A model generated the notes under the pieces. The model saw only the letters and a list, made by a program, of their open reading frames with translations. It searched no databases and was not told the DNA's origin. From Chrysomallon squamiferum (taxonomy: Eukaryota; Animalia; Mollusca), in contig CM022676.1 in NCBI GenBank assembly GCA_012295275.1, forward strand, positions 7,688,001-7,752,000: a DNA stretch of 64,000 bases. The letters run 5' to 3'. The position numbers were made by a program, and so were the translations under genes. Positions 42,136 through 63,356 of this stretch are shown one piece after another. How positions within the stretch are numbered: position 1 is the stretch's first letter; each line of letters opens with the position of its first letter.

Positions 42136-42929
42136 GTATGTATATTAATTTTTTATTTATCTGTATCTAAGTTAATCTCATTTAGTAACTGTAAAAATCT
42201 GGGTGGATTCGATATTATGTATAGATTACTATTACGACCTGGAAAGTAGAAAACATGAATAAATTATTTCGTTAACTGATTTATTACCTGTATGACTGTG
42301 TAACAACAGAGAGATATTGTACCGCAGAACGCATTAATACCGTGACTACATCATTAACGTTTATAACGGAGTAAATATTAATACGGTGAATTCATGATTA
42401 CTTTGATAAAGCAGAACACATTAATACAGTGAATTAATGATTTCGTTGATAGGACCAGCTTATAAATAAAATTGTGATTTAATAACACTTGATTTTTATA
42501 TTCTATTCCTAACCAGTTTAGATTGTAAGTTTACTATATATAATTTCTTTATGCGCCAAACATGAGCAGTTTTCTATTCTGAGGCAAAATATTATCTAGA
42601 TTAAACGGAAATGAGAAACAGTGCTAATAATATAATTTAAAGTAATGTTATACAATATAAGATAGTACTTTACAACATAATATAATAATATACGATACGA
42701 TATCACACCAACACAATAGGCAGTTTTGAATTGGGGTTGTTTGTCAAGTTTTGATTCCTACGTTATGACATGTCTCATCAGTTTTACTCTGTTATGTTGT
42801 AACTACACTCTATTCAAAACCAGCCATGTATGAAAGAAGACGCACAAAAAATGTTAACACAAAACACATGATACTCTTTCTGCCAAGTTATTGTATTTGT
42901 TCTGTTGTGTTCGGTTTATGCGGGAATGA

Positions 42930-42985
<56 letters not shown>

Positions 42986-43147
42986 ATTAGATTTAAGATC
43001 TAAGTCAGAGTGTGTATATACGTAGGACATATATAATTATTTCAATAAGTTACAGGGTTTCTGTGTTGTTTTTTTTTCAGTTTTATTTCGTTGTTTTTTT
43101 TTTAACAACATTAACAATAATATTAATAATAATTAAGTTAATTTTAT

Positions 43148-43460
43148 CTCTCGCTTCCAGTTTTACTTCATCGCTGTGTCCTCCATCATCTCCATATCTC
43201 CACACAGTTCCATGTTGACTGAGTTTGACAGATTTTTTATGAGGATGTTTAAATCATCTGAACAGAAAAAAAAAAATGTATTCTTTTGGATGTTCACCAC
43301 GAAAAACATATGAACCATCATTTTCCATGTACATCCATCCTGTATTCTGTGTTATTCACAAACCAGGTAGTTAGAGAAGAAGGATCTCCTCGACAGGTAA
43401 AAGTAAAAGATGAGCCAACAACTGCAAATCTTCCTGATGTTGTTAATGTATAATACTGAC
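43148..43460 (-). pseudogene. Inverted V-like Ig pseudo-exon
   Basis: The reverse complement reads GQYYTLTTSGRFAVVGSSFTFTCRGDPSSLTTWFVNNTEYRMD, then frameshifts; the donor is mutated GT->AT. Confidence 0.85.
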
Positions 43461-43499
43461 CTTAAATTTAAACCTTAATAATTTAAATAATAATAATAA

Positions 43500-43530
<31 letters not shown>

Positions 43531-43628
43531 AAAAGAAAAATAATAAATTAAAATTAAAATAAGTTAAATTAAACTAAATTTAAACATTTTATATAACATT
43601 TTTTACGTTTTATTATTTTTTATTATTA

Positions 43629-43699
<71 letters not shown>

Positions 43700-44576
43700 C
43701 GTGAAACAAACAGCACTGATTTAATATTTACAGTTAATTAGGACAAAATAACTCATCATTTTTCTCTTTCATTCTCAGAGTTGTTTTATGCTAAAATATT
43801 GTTATTCATTCATTCATTCATCTGTCTTTCTTTTTCTCATTATGTTTTTCTGTGAATTAACACATTCTTCCATCCGTCAGTCTATCCTCGGAATGCATGC
43901 GCACTTACATAGATTTAATATACAAGCACACTTGATAAAATTAACCATCTCTTCCGCCATATTGTTTTTGTTAATTGCTAACATTTCTAAAACTCAAAGC
44001 AAATTTTCCTATTTTTAAACCTTACGTGAAAACATTTCATGAACATTCGAAAACAAGCAAGGAAGGAAAACCGGGGTTCAAATGACGTAGTTGTACACGT
44101 TAATTTTTACTGCTGACGCAAGTTTATAGTTTTAGATTCTTAGTCTTGAATACGCCAGTATTGTCGATCATTTCTTTTTTTTCCTTCTTTCGTTCTTCCT
44201 TTCCTCTCTGACACACACAAATACAAAAAGACACATTTCTATTTATAGTAACTATAATGAATTCCGTTCTGCTCTTTATATAACGTAATATTATTTTACA
44301 GTGAAAAAGAGATAATTAACATTGAATTATCTTACACTGCATCATATCGTATCTTACTGTATCATATTATATTATATTGTATAGTAAGTATACTATGTTA
44401 TATTGTATGAAATCACTTTAAATTACATTAAGAATAAACGCGTGTCTTACCTGTGAAACAGGAAATAAGCACGTGGTAACACAGAACCAGAAAAGAAAAC
44501 AAGGAAGAGTTTAAAACAGGAAAGTCGCTAACAAACTATATTTTTATTAACGACAGTTAAAACTATAACAGTGGAA

Positions 44577-52527
<7,951 letters not shown>

Positions 52528-54398
52528 GTGAATGATAAACCAAAAAACAAGTTTATTAGTTAATCATAAACTTCGAAAGGCGCTTTCGTAAAAAGTTAAA
52601 TAAGGCTAAATTGTTAAATGGTTTTATTAAAATGTAAAAGTTACATATTTTTAGTTTCTAGAGTCACACCAGATTTGAACTGTGTAAATAGCAACGTGCG
52701 GGAAAAGTTGTAAACATTTTAATGAATTGTGACCGTAACTGTTAAAATTTGTCATGATGTCCTGCACCTTTCCTAACTACTTTTTCAACGTAATCAAACT
52801 ATTCATGCAAATGCATGCATAATAAACTAGAATTATAATTTGTTACAAGATTAATGTAATAACTTACCCATGTCAGAACCCAGAAGTAATTTGTATCCAC
52901 TAAATCGACAAAGTTTTGGAGGCATTTGTTCTGATGACGTAATTTGTGCCCTTACGAGTTATCGTTCCTGTTGGTCAATGCTAGTATTAGGAGTTGTTAC
53001 CTCACAATGCAGAACTTACTCTGTACGTCCAGACACATTTTGGCTCAGGATAAATACAGTTCCCTGTCACTGAGACTCTGAAGGTCATTGAAAAATTTTC
53101 CAGAGAGAACAGCTCATTGTTTCAAATTGCGTAGGTTCATGAAAAAGAAACACGAAGAAAGAACACTAACAAGGGAGAATTTTGTCAAAGTCTAGTAGAT
53201 AATGAAAATTGCAAATACACGATTAATGTGAATAATTAAAATTTAATATCTTGATTTATTGCTCACCTGATATTGTGGAAAGGTGTCCAAAGGTGAAAAG
53301 GAGTCGATGAAAATCTTGAATAATCCAAACTTTGTTTAAAACAGTCATCTCAGATTGGCCTGCAGGTAATATATTAATATAGTTCGTGCTAAGAACAAGG
53401 AGGTTTTCTTCGTCTTGTTTTGTGATGACGTAATGTATCTAGATGACGTCACTCCTAAACGATCTTTATTTAGATAGGTAAGAAAAGAAAAATGAAAGAA
53501 ACTGCTTAAGTATGCTTTTGTTAAATGGTATTTTAATACAGCATAGAGTGGGAAGAAAACAAAGATTAAAGGCTGGAGTATTCAATGTGATGATATTAGC
53601 TAAACAGAAAATGAACAATTCATATAATAAACATGAAATGGTCTATCAATTTATTAGTTTTATATTTATTTCACTCATATGACGTCAAGAAAAAGAAAGT
53701 TTCAATTCATCCTCGGCTCCTTGTTATTTTATCATCATATTTTGTAACAAATAATATAAAAACAACAACGACGACGACAACAACAACAACAGTATTTTAT
53801 TTCATCTCCAGTGCAATATATTTGTGTAAAATGTTCATGTGTCCATATAAAGTTTATATATATATATATATTAGTATACACATCTTCCCCATATCTAAAT
53901 ATCTAAATATTATTACTAAATTAACCCTTTTTTTTCTTAAGTTAGTCACGTTTCTTAAATAATATCATACTTACATCAAACACAAAGCATAATAAATTTA
54001 TTTAGTTAGTAATGCAGAAATTGATTTTCCCAATAAACATTCTGCTGAATTTCTTATGTCTGCGACCAATCTCTCTTCGCCATAAGCGGATTCTTTAATC
54101 TTATGGGCAAATTGATTCCAAAGAAAAAAACTACGTGATGAAATACCAAACAAGCTGGTATTTTATTTAATGGATTCTCTAGTTGGTGGGCGTGTATTCT
54201 TAAAGCACTAATGAAGTTTGTTTAACAATGAGTTTGTAAAGTTTGTGTAAATGATGATAATGAAGTGGATGTCGTTTCTTGCAATAAAACTCATAGCCTA
54301 GTGTATTCTTTATCTCTGATTTTGCTCCTAAAATATAAAAATAATAATCTTAACAATAACAATATAAACATCAATAATGACAACAATATCAATTACAG

Positions 54399-54442
<44 letters not shown>

Positions 54443-54682
54443 GCAACAACAGCTATGGTGGTGATGAGGCTGATGATAAGTAGTAGTAGTAGTTGTAGTT
54501 GTAGTAGTAGTAGTAGCAGTAGCGATAATAATAATAATAATTACAACAACAATACTTTTTTTTAAATCTGTTTCGATTCTTCATACAAACAATATTGCTG
54601 TTTGTGCGTGCGTGGGTACGTCTTAGTATTTGTATGTGTGTGTTTGTGTGTGTGTGTGTGTTTGTATGTGTGTGTGTGTGTC

Positions 54683-55486
54683 TTATACCATATCATGAGT
54701 GTCGTTTCTGTTATTTCAGAATGTAAGATGCTTTTTTTGAATACATGAATAAGTATCTATATACATGTATTAGTATATTTAATACAATATAACACAGTGC
54801 AATACATTATAATAATACGAATATAATATAATATAATATTGTGTAAATGGTATTTATATTCGGGGGGTTTTATGTGCTTTTTGTACGTACCTCATTTTAG
54901 CCTTTAAATGTGACAATTTTCTACCTGAAATAATAATAATAATAACAACAACAACAACAAAAACAACAACAGTAATATTATTTGTAATAGTAGTAGTAAT
55001 AGTAGTCATAGTATCAGTAGTATAACTATCAGGATTAACAATAGTAATATTTATGACAGTAATAATAATAACAATAATATAATAATATTTGCAATAGTAG
55101 TGTTACCAGTATCAGTAGTAGTAGTAGTGGTGGTGGTGTTGATAATAACAATAAATGAAGAAAATTAAGATTTCACTGGACAACATCGATCTGTTTTACA
55201 TATCTTTTTAAATATTCGTTTCATGGTGTTTTGCAAATTTTGTTCGAAAACTGAGTTATTTGAGTAAATGAAACTTTATATTAAATAATATTAAATTACT
55301 TACATTGATGTATTTCATACAAGACGAAGATACCCGCTACTACCGCCATGAACAAAACAAGAACTTTTCCAGTATCATCGAAAATATTCAAAAAAATATT
55401 TTTCTTTCTTCGAGGAAAACCTGAAGATAGAAAATATGTTAATAATTACATAAATAAATAGTACATATACACAGAGTTATAGATAT

Positions 55487-55546
<60 letters not shown>

Positions 55547-56394
55547 AACTATTTTATCTCCACGTTTTCGCATGAATTTCAGGTGCCAGTTATCCCCTCT
55601 ATTATCTTCTTTACTCAAAATCGTATGCGTATGGATAAAAACAAAAATTGAAAATGAGACTTACATTCTACGAGGAGTTTCAAAGATTTCCTAACGGAGG
55701 ATTTAACTCCGTTGTCTGCTTCACACGTGTAATCTCCAGCATCCAAGCACGTGCGCCCGTCCCACGTGTAGTTCACGTTGGTCACGTTACTGACCTGATA
55801 CAGGAGCTTTTCCCCCTTCATGATTTTAATCGTTGGTTTAGGATTGCCGTCTGCACTGCAGGACAGAATCATTTGTGAGTCTTGCGAAACAAGAACATTG
55901 AAATCCATGAAGGAAATACTTGGCTGATCTACGTAACGAAATAAAAATAAAAATAAATTCATTAGTTTACTTGTGAGCAAGTAATTCAAGTGTTTTAGAC
56001 AGTTCATTAAATGTACACAGTCGTTCACCTACGTGAAGTAGAAAAATTAAAAACGTTGACGTGTAAAACATATTCTTAAAATTATTTGTAGACCAAAGAT
56101 AAAGATCCACAGAAAACAAATAAAACAGTTTTCTGAAAGTGTAGAAAATGAGTCATCAAACACTCATACTCACATCCATGCATACGTACATACATAAATA
56201 CACACACACACATATATATATACACATACATACACAGATATATACATACAAACACACTAACATATACACGTACATACACACGTACATACAAACACACACA
56301 TAGATACATACTTACTAGCATACTTAGAAAAGTGTGGATTTTCTGACATTGTGGACCAAGACAATAAATACTAGTACTAGTGTTAATGACAGTG

Positions 56395-56430
<36 letters not shown>

Positions 56431-59327
56431 ACAGTACTAGTAGTAGTAATAGAATTAGTACTAGTAGTATTAACATTAGTACTAGTTGTTGTTGTTATTA
56501 AAAATATGGCACCACATGGACGATATACACACTAATTGTATAATTATAATTCTTTAATTAAACTAAAGTATTCAAAATGCAGTGAGAAACAAAACAACTC
56601 ACAGACTACATTTATATATAAATTCGTGCTGGATGTTTCTCCCGTGTCTGCGTTTCTAGCGACGCACGTGTAGACGCCATGTTGTGATATGTTAACATTA
56701 GCCAATGACAAGACGCGTTTGTTGCTGGACGCCACGCCATTGAACATCCACCTGTAGCGGCACGTGACGAAACAAGAAGCTGCGCATGACACTGCGACGT
56801 CACTTCCTTCTTCCACTGTGATTTCTGAAGTGGTGTTGAGATGTACTGAACTGCCTGGGCCATCTTGCAATGGAAAACAATTGCTTTTAAATATGTATAT
56901 CTGTTTAAAAATCTGTCTCTGCATACCTACACACATAAAATGCAATGATAATATAACAGAATACGATATTAAAATAACAGACATATACATAAATAGTAAG
57001 TAGGTAGGTAAACAGACAGATAGATAGACAGATTGTTTCGCAGACAAACGGATAAACAGACAGATGTAAGTATTATACAAACAATTAAACCACAAGATCT
57101 CCGGTCGTTTGAAATTAAACTAAATAAACTTTTAGCGAAATTACATTCAGTCAGGGTTGAGATTTGAGTCTCCTTCCTCTACCCGGTGTTATATTAAAGT
57201 AGGTACCCAGTCAAAGCTGGACCTACATTTCTGGGGCCCTGAAGCTTGAACATACATTACAAATTTAACCAGAGTATTTCAGATTATGATTAGAATGTTG
57301 AAGAGATGTGGACTAAAGTCACGTCTGGGGGCCCTACTGGTCTCAAGCTTCGTTAGTTTCATAACAGATCCGCCCCTGTACTCAGAAACGTCTCTATTTT
57401 GTGTTCGGCTATACATTGTTGACCTACTTTTTCAGACTTTAACGCTTGATTTTCTTTTCTGTTTGAGGTCCTTCTAAATATAAGCTGCATGAATAGAAAG
57501 AAGTACACGGATGATAGCGTGTGAACAAAACTCATTTAATTTCATCAGAAGAGTCAGTGGGTAGCCGCCACTTCGTTCTGCTTCTAAAACGTGTGTCACA
57601 AACCTCTTTCACACTTTTTACATTCGCGAGGTTAACTCTACGAGTTTTCTTTCTGCACACAAACTTGACAGCGCACACACACAATCTTTGTTTCCTTTCT
57701 TTGTCCAGTGTTTCGCCTCTGACAGCTGGATTCTTTCCCCTGTTTATTATCTAATTTGTTTAATTTTCTTTGATTAGCTTGATTAACATTCATACTGAAT
57801 TGTTTCTTAATTATAGCAAAATCTCTGCTAATTGGTATAATTATTTAATTTTAATCAGGCAAGATTTTTAGTTACTTATAAAACTGCTTACGTGAAGCAA
57901 TATCATTTGTTTTTCTTTAAATGTGTTTAATCATAATAAGATGCTTAATTATCCTTTTTTTGAAATAGCAAATGTTTAATTAGTTAAATTATAATATTTA
58001 CTTAATTAGCTATTTTAAAAACTTTTAGTTATAATAATAAGTACATAGGTAATTCTTTCAAAAACGTGATGAATATCGATAATATATCTAAATTAGATAT
58101 TCCCAAAAATTTGTTTAGTTAGTGTACAAGCACTTAATTTGCTATTCTTAAAATCTGTTTAAATAGTAAAACACACACTAAATCAGTTATTGTTAAAACT
58201 TTATGAATGTATGTAAGTAGGTAACTAGGTATGTATCTACTCACGTATCTGCAAACTACTTTCTATCGAGAAAGGTCAAAGTATTATATATATAAAAAAA
58301 AAAATTTTAGCCCACATAAAAAAATAAGAAACAAAAACGTGTATTGAATGTATTTACACTGTTGTTCGTACAATGACAAACCTCGATTGACAAAATAAAT
58401 CAAAATAATAATAATAATAATGTTGATGATGATGATGATGATGATGGTGATGATAACGATGATGATGATAATAATGATGATGATGATGATGATGATATTA
58501 AACGTTAAAATTACCTCTGACTTCCAGAATAATTTCATTACTTTTTTCAGTTCCTGATTTTGCACCACAGCTCCAAATGGTTCCTTGATGAGAGATTTTA
58601 ACTCGCTTTATTGTGAGTTGGAAAACGGATTGTGAACAGTTGAATATGTAGGCAGGATTGGGCTGGGGTGGAGTACATCGGCCGTTTTTGTCTACACGCA
58701 CGTTGTAGTGGATGTTGCTCTCAAACCACGTGACAGTGTTGTCGGCCACGTCTGTGGTACAGGTTAAGATAAAAGGAGAGTCAATGTTTCCATAGTAACG
58801 AGACGATTTCAAGTGATGTAGACCTAAATAAATAAAGAAATAAAGAAATAAATTTTAAAAAGTATTAACACAAATATATAAATAAGCGAATCTTCAAATA
58901 TATAAAAATATAAACAATTAACAAATATTAAATGGAATAATTAACGATGTAAATATACAAATAAATAAATATTAAGAAATTCAAATGTATTAATTATTTT
59001 TGTTCGTTTGTTTTTGTCGGTTTTGGTTCTTTCTTCGTAGTTGTTTTTCTCTGGGTTTTGGGGGGGTTTTGTTTTTTTTACTTGTTTTGTTTTTTCTTAT
59101 TGTTTTCTTATTGTTTTCTTTTGTCTCTTTCCTTTGATTATTTGGTTTGTTATTTTTAATTATTATTTTTATTTTTTCTTTCTTTCTTTAAATACTTCAC
59201 CCAGATTTTACAGTTACTAAAAGAGATTAACTCAGATAGAGATAAATAATCTGAATATAAAATACATACCTTGTACGTACAATACACATCCCAGTAACAC
59301 GAACACACAGAACAACGTACAACTCAT
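54683..59327 (-). CDS. Gene E: IgSF membrane protein, leader-V-C2-I-TM-short tail (~355 aa, spliced model)
   Basis: Exons 59327-59270, 58823-58515, 56863-56603, 55928-55665, 55420-55304 (TM VLVLFMAVVAGIFVLY), 54924-54891 and a tentative terminal exon 54707-54683. Phases are compatible; the last exon is uncertain (weak acceptor). Confidence 0.8.
55304..55420 (-). CDS. Gene E transmembrane exon
   Basis: 117 nt: CFPRRKKNIFLNIFDDTGKVLVLFMAVVAGIFVLYEIHQ. Confidence 0.75.
55665..55928 (-). CDS. Gene E third Ig (I-set) exon
   Basis: 264 nt: DQPSISF...LSCSADGNPKPTIKIMK...DAGDYTCEADNGVKSSVRKSLKLLVE. Confidence 0.92.
56603..56863 (-). CDS. Gene E second Ig exon
   Basis: 261 nt: DGPGSSVHLN...VSCAASCFVTCRYRWMFNG...HGVYTCVARN...INVV. 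Confidence 0.92.
58515..58823 (-). CDS. Gene E V-like Ig exon
   Basis: 309 nt: GLHHLKSSRYYGNIDSPFILTCTTDVADNTVTWFES...GRC...FNCS...GTIWSCGAKSGTEKSNEIILEVR. Confidence 0.9.
59270..59327 (-). CDS. Gene E signal-peptide exon MSCTLFCVFVLLGCVLYVQ
   Basis: Same leader family as the + strand genes; ATG and donor intact. Confidence 0.85.
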
Positions 59328-60509
59328 TTCCAGTATTTTAGTTTTCCCTGCCGTTAACAAAAAATATAGTTTTTACTTTATAATCTTTTCTTCACGACTT
59401 TACCTATACAACTGCAATTCAGTAAAATACCCTGATTAGAAATTCAGCTGTTCACCTGGTAGCCCCAGTTTACACTGCTCTTAAAAAGTTCAACACGCGT
59501 TTTACTCTTTGTAAAGTCGACTCTGGTTGGCTGTTGATGTTTTTAAATGTAGTCGATCCAGTCGACTGAATCCATTAACTTAAGTAAACACGTACTATAC
59601 AGTGTGCTACTTTTTAGGTGTAGATTCGTATGTGTGTGTGTGTGTGTGTGTGTAAGTGTGTATGTATGCGTGTATGTTTTATATATGCATGTATGTGTAT
59701 ATATGTGTGTGTGTGTGTATGTATGCCTTTGATATGTGTATGTATGTTGGTGTGGGTGTATATGTGCATGTATGTGTGTGTAACTGCGAATGTGTGTGTA
59801 TGTCTAAGTATGTAGAGACAGTCTCGTTCAGTTTAAGTAGATTCTACTCCAGTCGAACATCTACAGTAATAGAATCCATATCACTACATGTACAGTATGG
59901 TATGCATATCAACCTTAAATAACCCATTGTTTTTTCTTCTGTAAAAACTTTACTTAATTTACAGCAAACACAGTTGTTATTGTCGTAGATGTCGTTGCTG
60001 TTGTGATTGTTGTTCTGATAAGGTATAATTTTATGAACGTTATCCTCTACCAGTAGACCGTGTATATAAAAAATGTTACTCCACATTCTGTTACCTTTTT
60101 GCTGAAAGCCTCTTTAAACCTTGGCAATTAATTTCTTTACATCCTGTTGGCTGTAAATTTAGCCGAGAGGAAAAAAGGCATTCTAGTGTTACTGGGGAGC
60201 TATTTCTCTCACACAATACAACCTACTCATTTCATAATGTTATGTGCTTACTTAGCCTACTATGAGAAAAACTGTAAACCAATTTCCATGTAAGTCGGGC
60301 ATTTATAATTCTAGAATCCCTATTATTATATGTACAGTATTGTATAAAAATAACACCATCTCATCTTAAACCACACATATTTATATTCTTTTTCAGTAAA
60401 AACTTAGTCTACACCAAACTCAATTAAACTGTATTATATTTAGTACTTGCTGCAAACAAAAACAACAACAACAACAACAAATAATAATAATAACAAACAC
60501 AACTACAGC

Positions 60510-60563
<54 letters not shown>

Positions 60564-60729
60564 AATAAATAAATAAAATATTTAATGGTCACTGCTACTT
60601 GAAGTGGGCCAAAAATGTCGCTCCAGAATCTTGTCGACGACAAATTAAAATAATAAAAATAAATAAAAATCTGCGATTAAATTTGAGCACAAGATGCACG
60701 CAAAATGAGAGCAAAGCAAGTGAAATTGA

Positions 60730-61004
60730 CAACTGCGCATGCTTGGTGCGTGTCCAGTCCTCCCGAGATGAGTTTTATTTATTTTGTTACGTTTTATTTC
60801 TCAACTTTGTTCACGTTAAATTAAAGATGGCTGGCGTGGAAAAAAAAAAAAAAAAAAAAAAATTTCCTAATGCACTCGTCTGTTGACCGGTGAGCTTGAG
60901 AAAATCGGACCGAGTATGAACGCAATCAGGACGGAAGGTGCCGAGTATGTCCGAACAGTGTCGACAGAGAAATATGAGACTAGCTTTAGCCGCTGCTGTC
61001 AAAG
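60730..61004 (+). promoter_or_regulatory. Probable promoter/first exon of an unrelated gene
   Basis: Locally CpG-rich; NRF1-like tgcgcatgc (~60734); YY1-like aagatggc (~60824); ATGs at 60916 and 60947; aaag|gtaaag donor after 61004. Confidence 0.35.
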
Positions 61005-61886
61005 GTAAAGTCGAACAGTCATAACTGTACAGTTCGTAAATCGACGACAGTCTGTATGTAGGTGTGTGTGTGTGTGTGTTTTTGATTTGTTAAATCAAAA
61101 CAAACAGTTGTTTACAATGATTAATATGCAATAAATAAAGTGCATCAAGGAAGAAAAAAATGAAAAGAAAAGAAGATTAACAAAAATACATTTGTCCTAT
61201 AACCGAACTTCAAAAATATACAAAGTAATTTTCAAAAAAAAAAAAAAAAATTAAATTAAATAAATAAATAAATAAATAAAATAATAATAATAATAATAAG
61301 TAAATGAATAAACAAGAAAAGATGCTCACCATGCACTGCACAAAATACCACAGTTAAGAGAAGGCAGACACGGCTCATGTTTGCTAGGTAACCAAGGTTC
61401 AAACTACTCGCAAAGTTTTATACCTGTGATCTTATAGCTTACCCTTTTGTGTTACGTAGACCGTAGCGCGCTCTAAAAAAAATAATTAAAAAAAAAATAA
61501 TTAAAAAAATTCTAAAAAAAAAAAAAAAAAGAAGGTCATTGCGACTTGTCTCCTGTTACTGGTGTAAATATAAAAATAAATATTTTTATCCTTCAGCTTT
61601 TTAAAGATAAGAAAAACAGGTTTTGTTCATTGTTGACGTAATACGAAGCGAACATGTAATATATAGACGTTGTGAATGTGTTCATGATTGTATTGTGTGA
61701 GGGTTTTCTCGTACGTATTTACAGACACAAAAGAGAAAGAAGCTGACATGCAGATACACGCCTTGTATAGGCACACTTATATTTATATCCGTTTTATTAT
61801 GATTATTATTGTTTTTGTTGTTGTCGTCATTACCTTCAAAAGTTTTATTATTGTTTTCTTCATAGTATTTCTTCTTATTCTTTTTC

Positions 61887-61945
<59 letters not shown>

Positions 61946-62015
61946 GTTGTTGTTGTTGTTGTTGTCGTTGATGATGTGTTATTCATGTTTTTTATTATTG
62001 TTATTATTATTGTTG

Positions 62016-62052
<37 letters not shown>

Positions 62053-62811
62053 CTTATTATTATTGTTGTTGTTGTTGTTGATGATGTCTCCGTCATGTTG
62101 TTTTACAGTTATTGTTGTTATTACTCTTGTATTTGCTGTTGTATTTGCTGTCTATTATTGCTATTATTGTTGCCTAATGTTGGAAACCAGTCTACTATCA
62201 AACTCACATTTGATTTCTTTACACATACTGTGCACTGAACCGAAACAAAAAAAAAAACATAGCTAAAATGATCTTATTGAAATCACAATCTATGCATTTC
62301 GTAAGGTTGTGTGTTTTCTTAGCCTGACACGACGAACTGGTGTATTTAAATGTGTTACTGTGACATTATGTGGTATATACGTAGTATGTAAGTTACAGAG
62401 AATTAATTTCCTTATTAACACATCATTGCACGTGTTTTAAATTACTTGCAGTTAACTGCTTTGAGTTTCGTTGTTATTGTTACCGGGTTGTTCTATCATC
62501 ATCATCATTATTTTTATTTATTGCTATTATCACTTCTCCGAGTTCTATTACAGCTAATACTACAGCTACAACAACAACAAGAACTACTACTACTACTGCT
62601 ACTACTATTACTACTACTACTCTACTATATTATTGTATTGCTATATTACTCATGGCCGTCTTAAAAGTGTTATATACATATATAACCATTCACAGAAATA
62701 AAATGGTAAATGGTCGATAAAATTAAACATATATTTATTGTTTTGAAACTTCCACCAGCAAAATCAGTTTTAAACATTAACAGATATTTACAGTTTAGTG
62801 AAGTAAAATGT

Positions 62812-62850
<39 letters not shown>

Positions 62851-62915
62851 TTGACAGCAAGTCATAATATACAGTGGGATCCCACAGTATAGTGTATACT
62901 ACTATTACAACAACA

Positions 62916-62955
<40 letters not shown>

Positions 62956-63337
62956 TAATTCTTCCAGCTACTATTACTACTACTGCTACTATTACGACTA
63001 CGGTAAATTCTATAACTGTGTTTATTATTTTTGTTATTGATGTAGCTGAAGTTGATGTTATTATTATTATTGTTGTCATTTGAGGCTAATGTCACGTGAT
63101 AATCTTATCTTTCTTATTATTTGTATTTCTCTATTAATAGTTTAAATAAATAATAAATAATACATAAATAATAATAATAATAATAACATTAGTAATAATA
63201 TGTTATTATGCACTGACACTGTCGTTGAGACTGTGAAATTTAGTTAGTTTCACTGTTATTCTCTGATTGGTTGTCAGAATTTATGTAGACACAGGTCTCT
63301 TCATTTTCTTGATCTATAAGTGAGGAGTATGGATCGG

Positions 63338-63356
63338 TGTCGCCCTCTGGTGGCGC
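63338..63356 (-). promoter_or_regulatory. CTCF-like binding motif
   Basis: The reverse strand reads gcgccaccagagggcgaca, a close match to the CCACCAG(A/G)GGGCG core, in a very AT-rich background. Confidence 0.5.

Noticed and set aside
52870-53073. 67 aa ORF between genes D and E
   Set aside because: No family homology, recognisable motif or convincing splice context.
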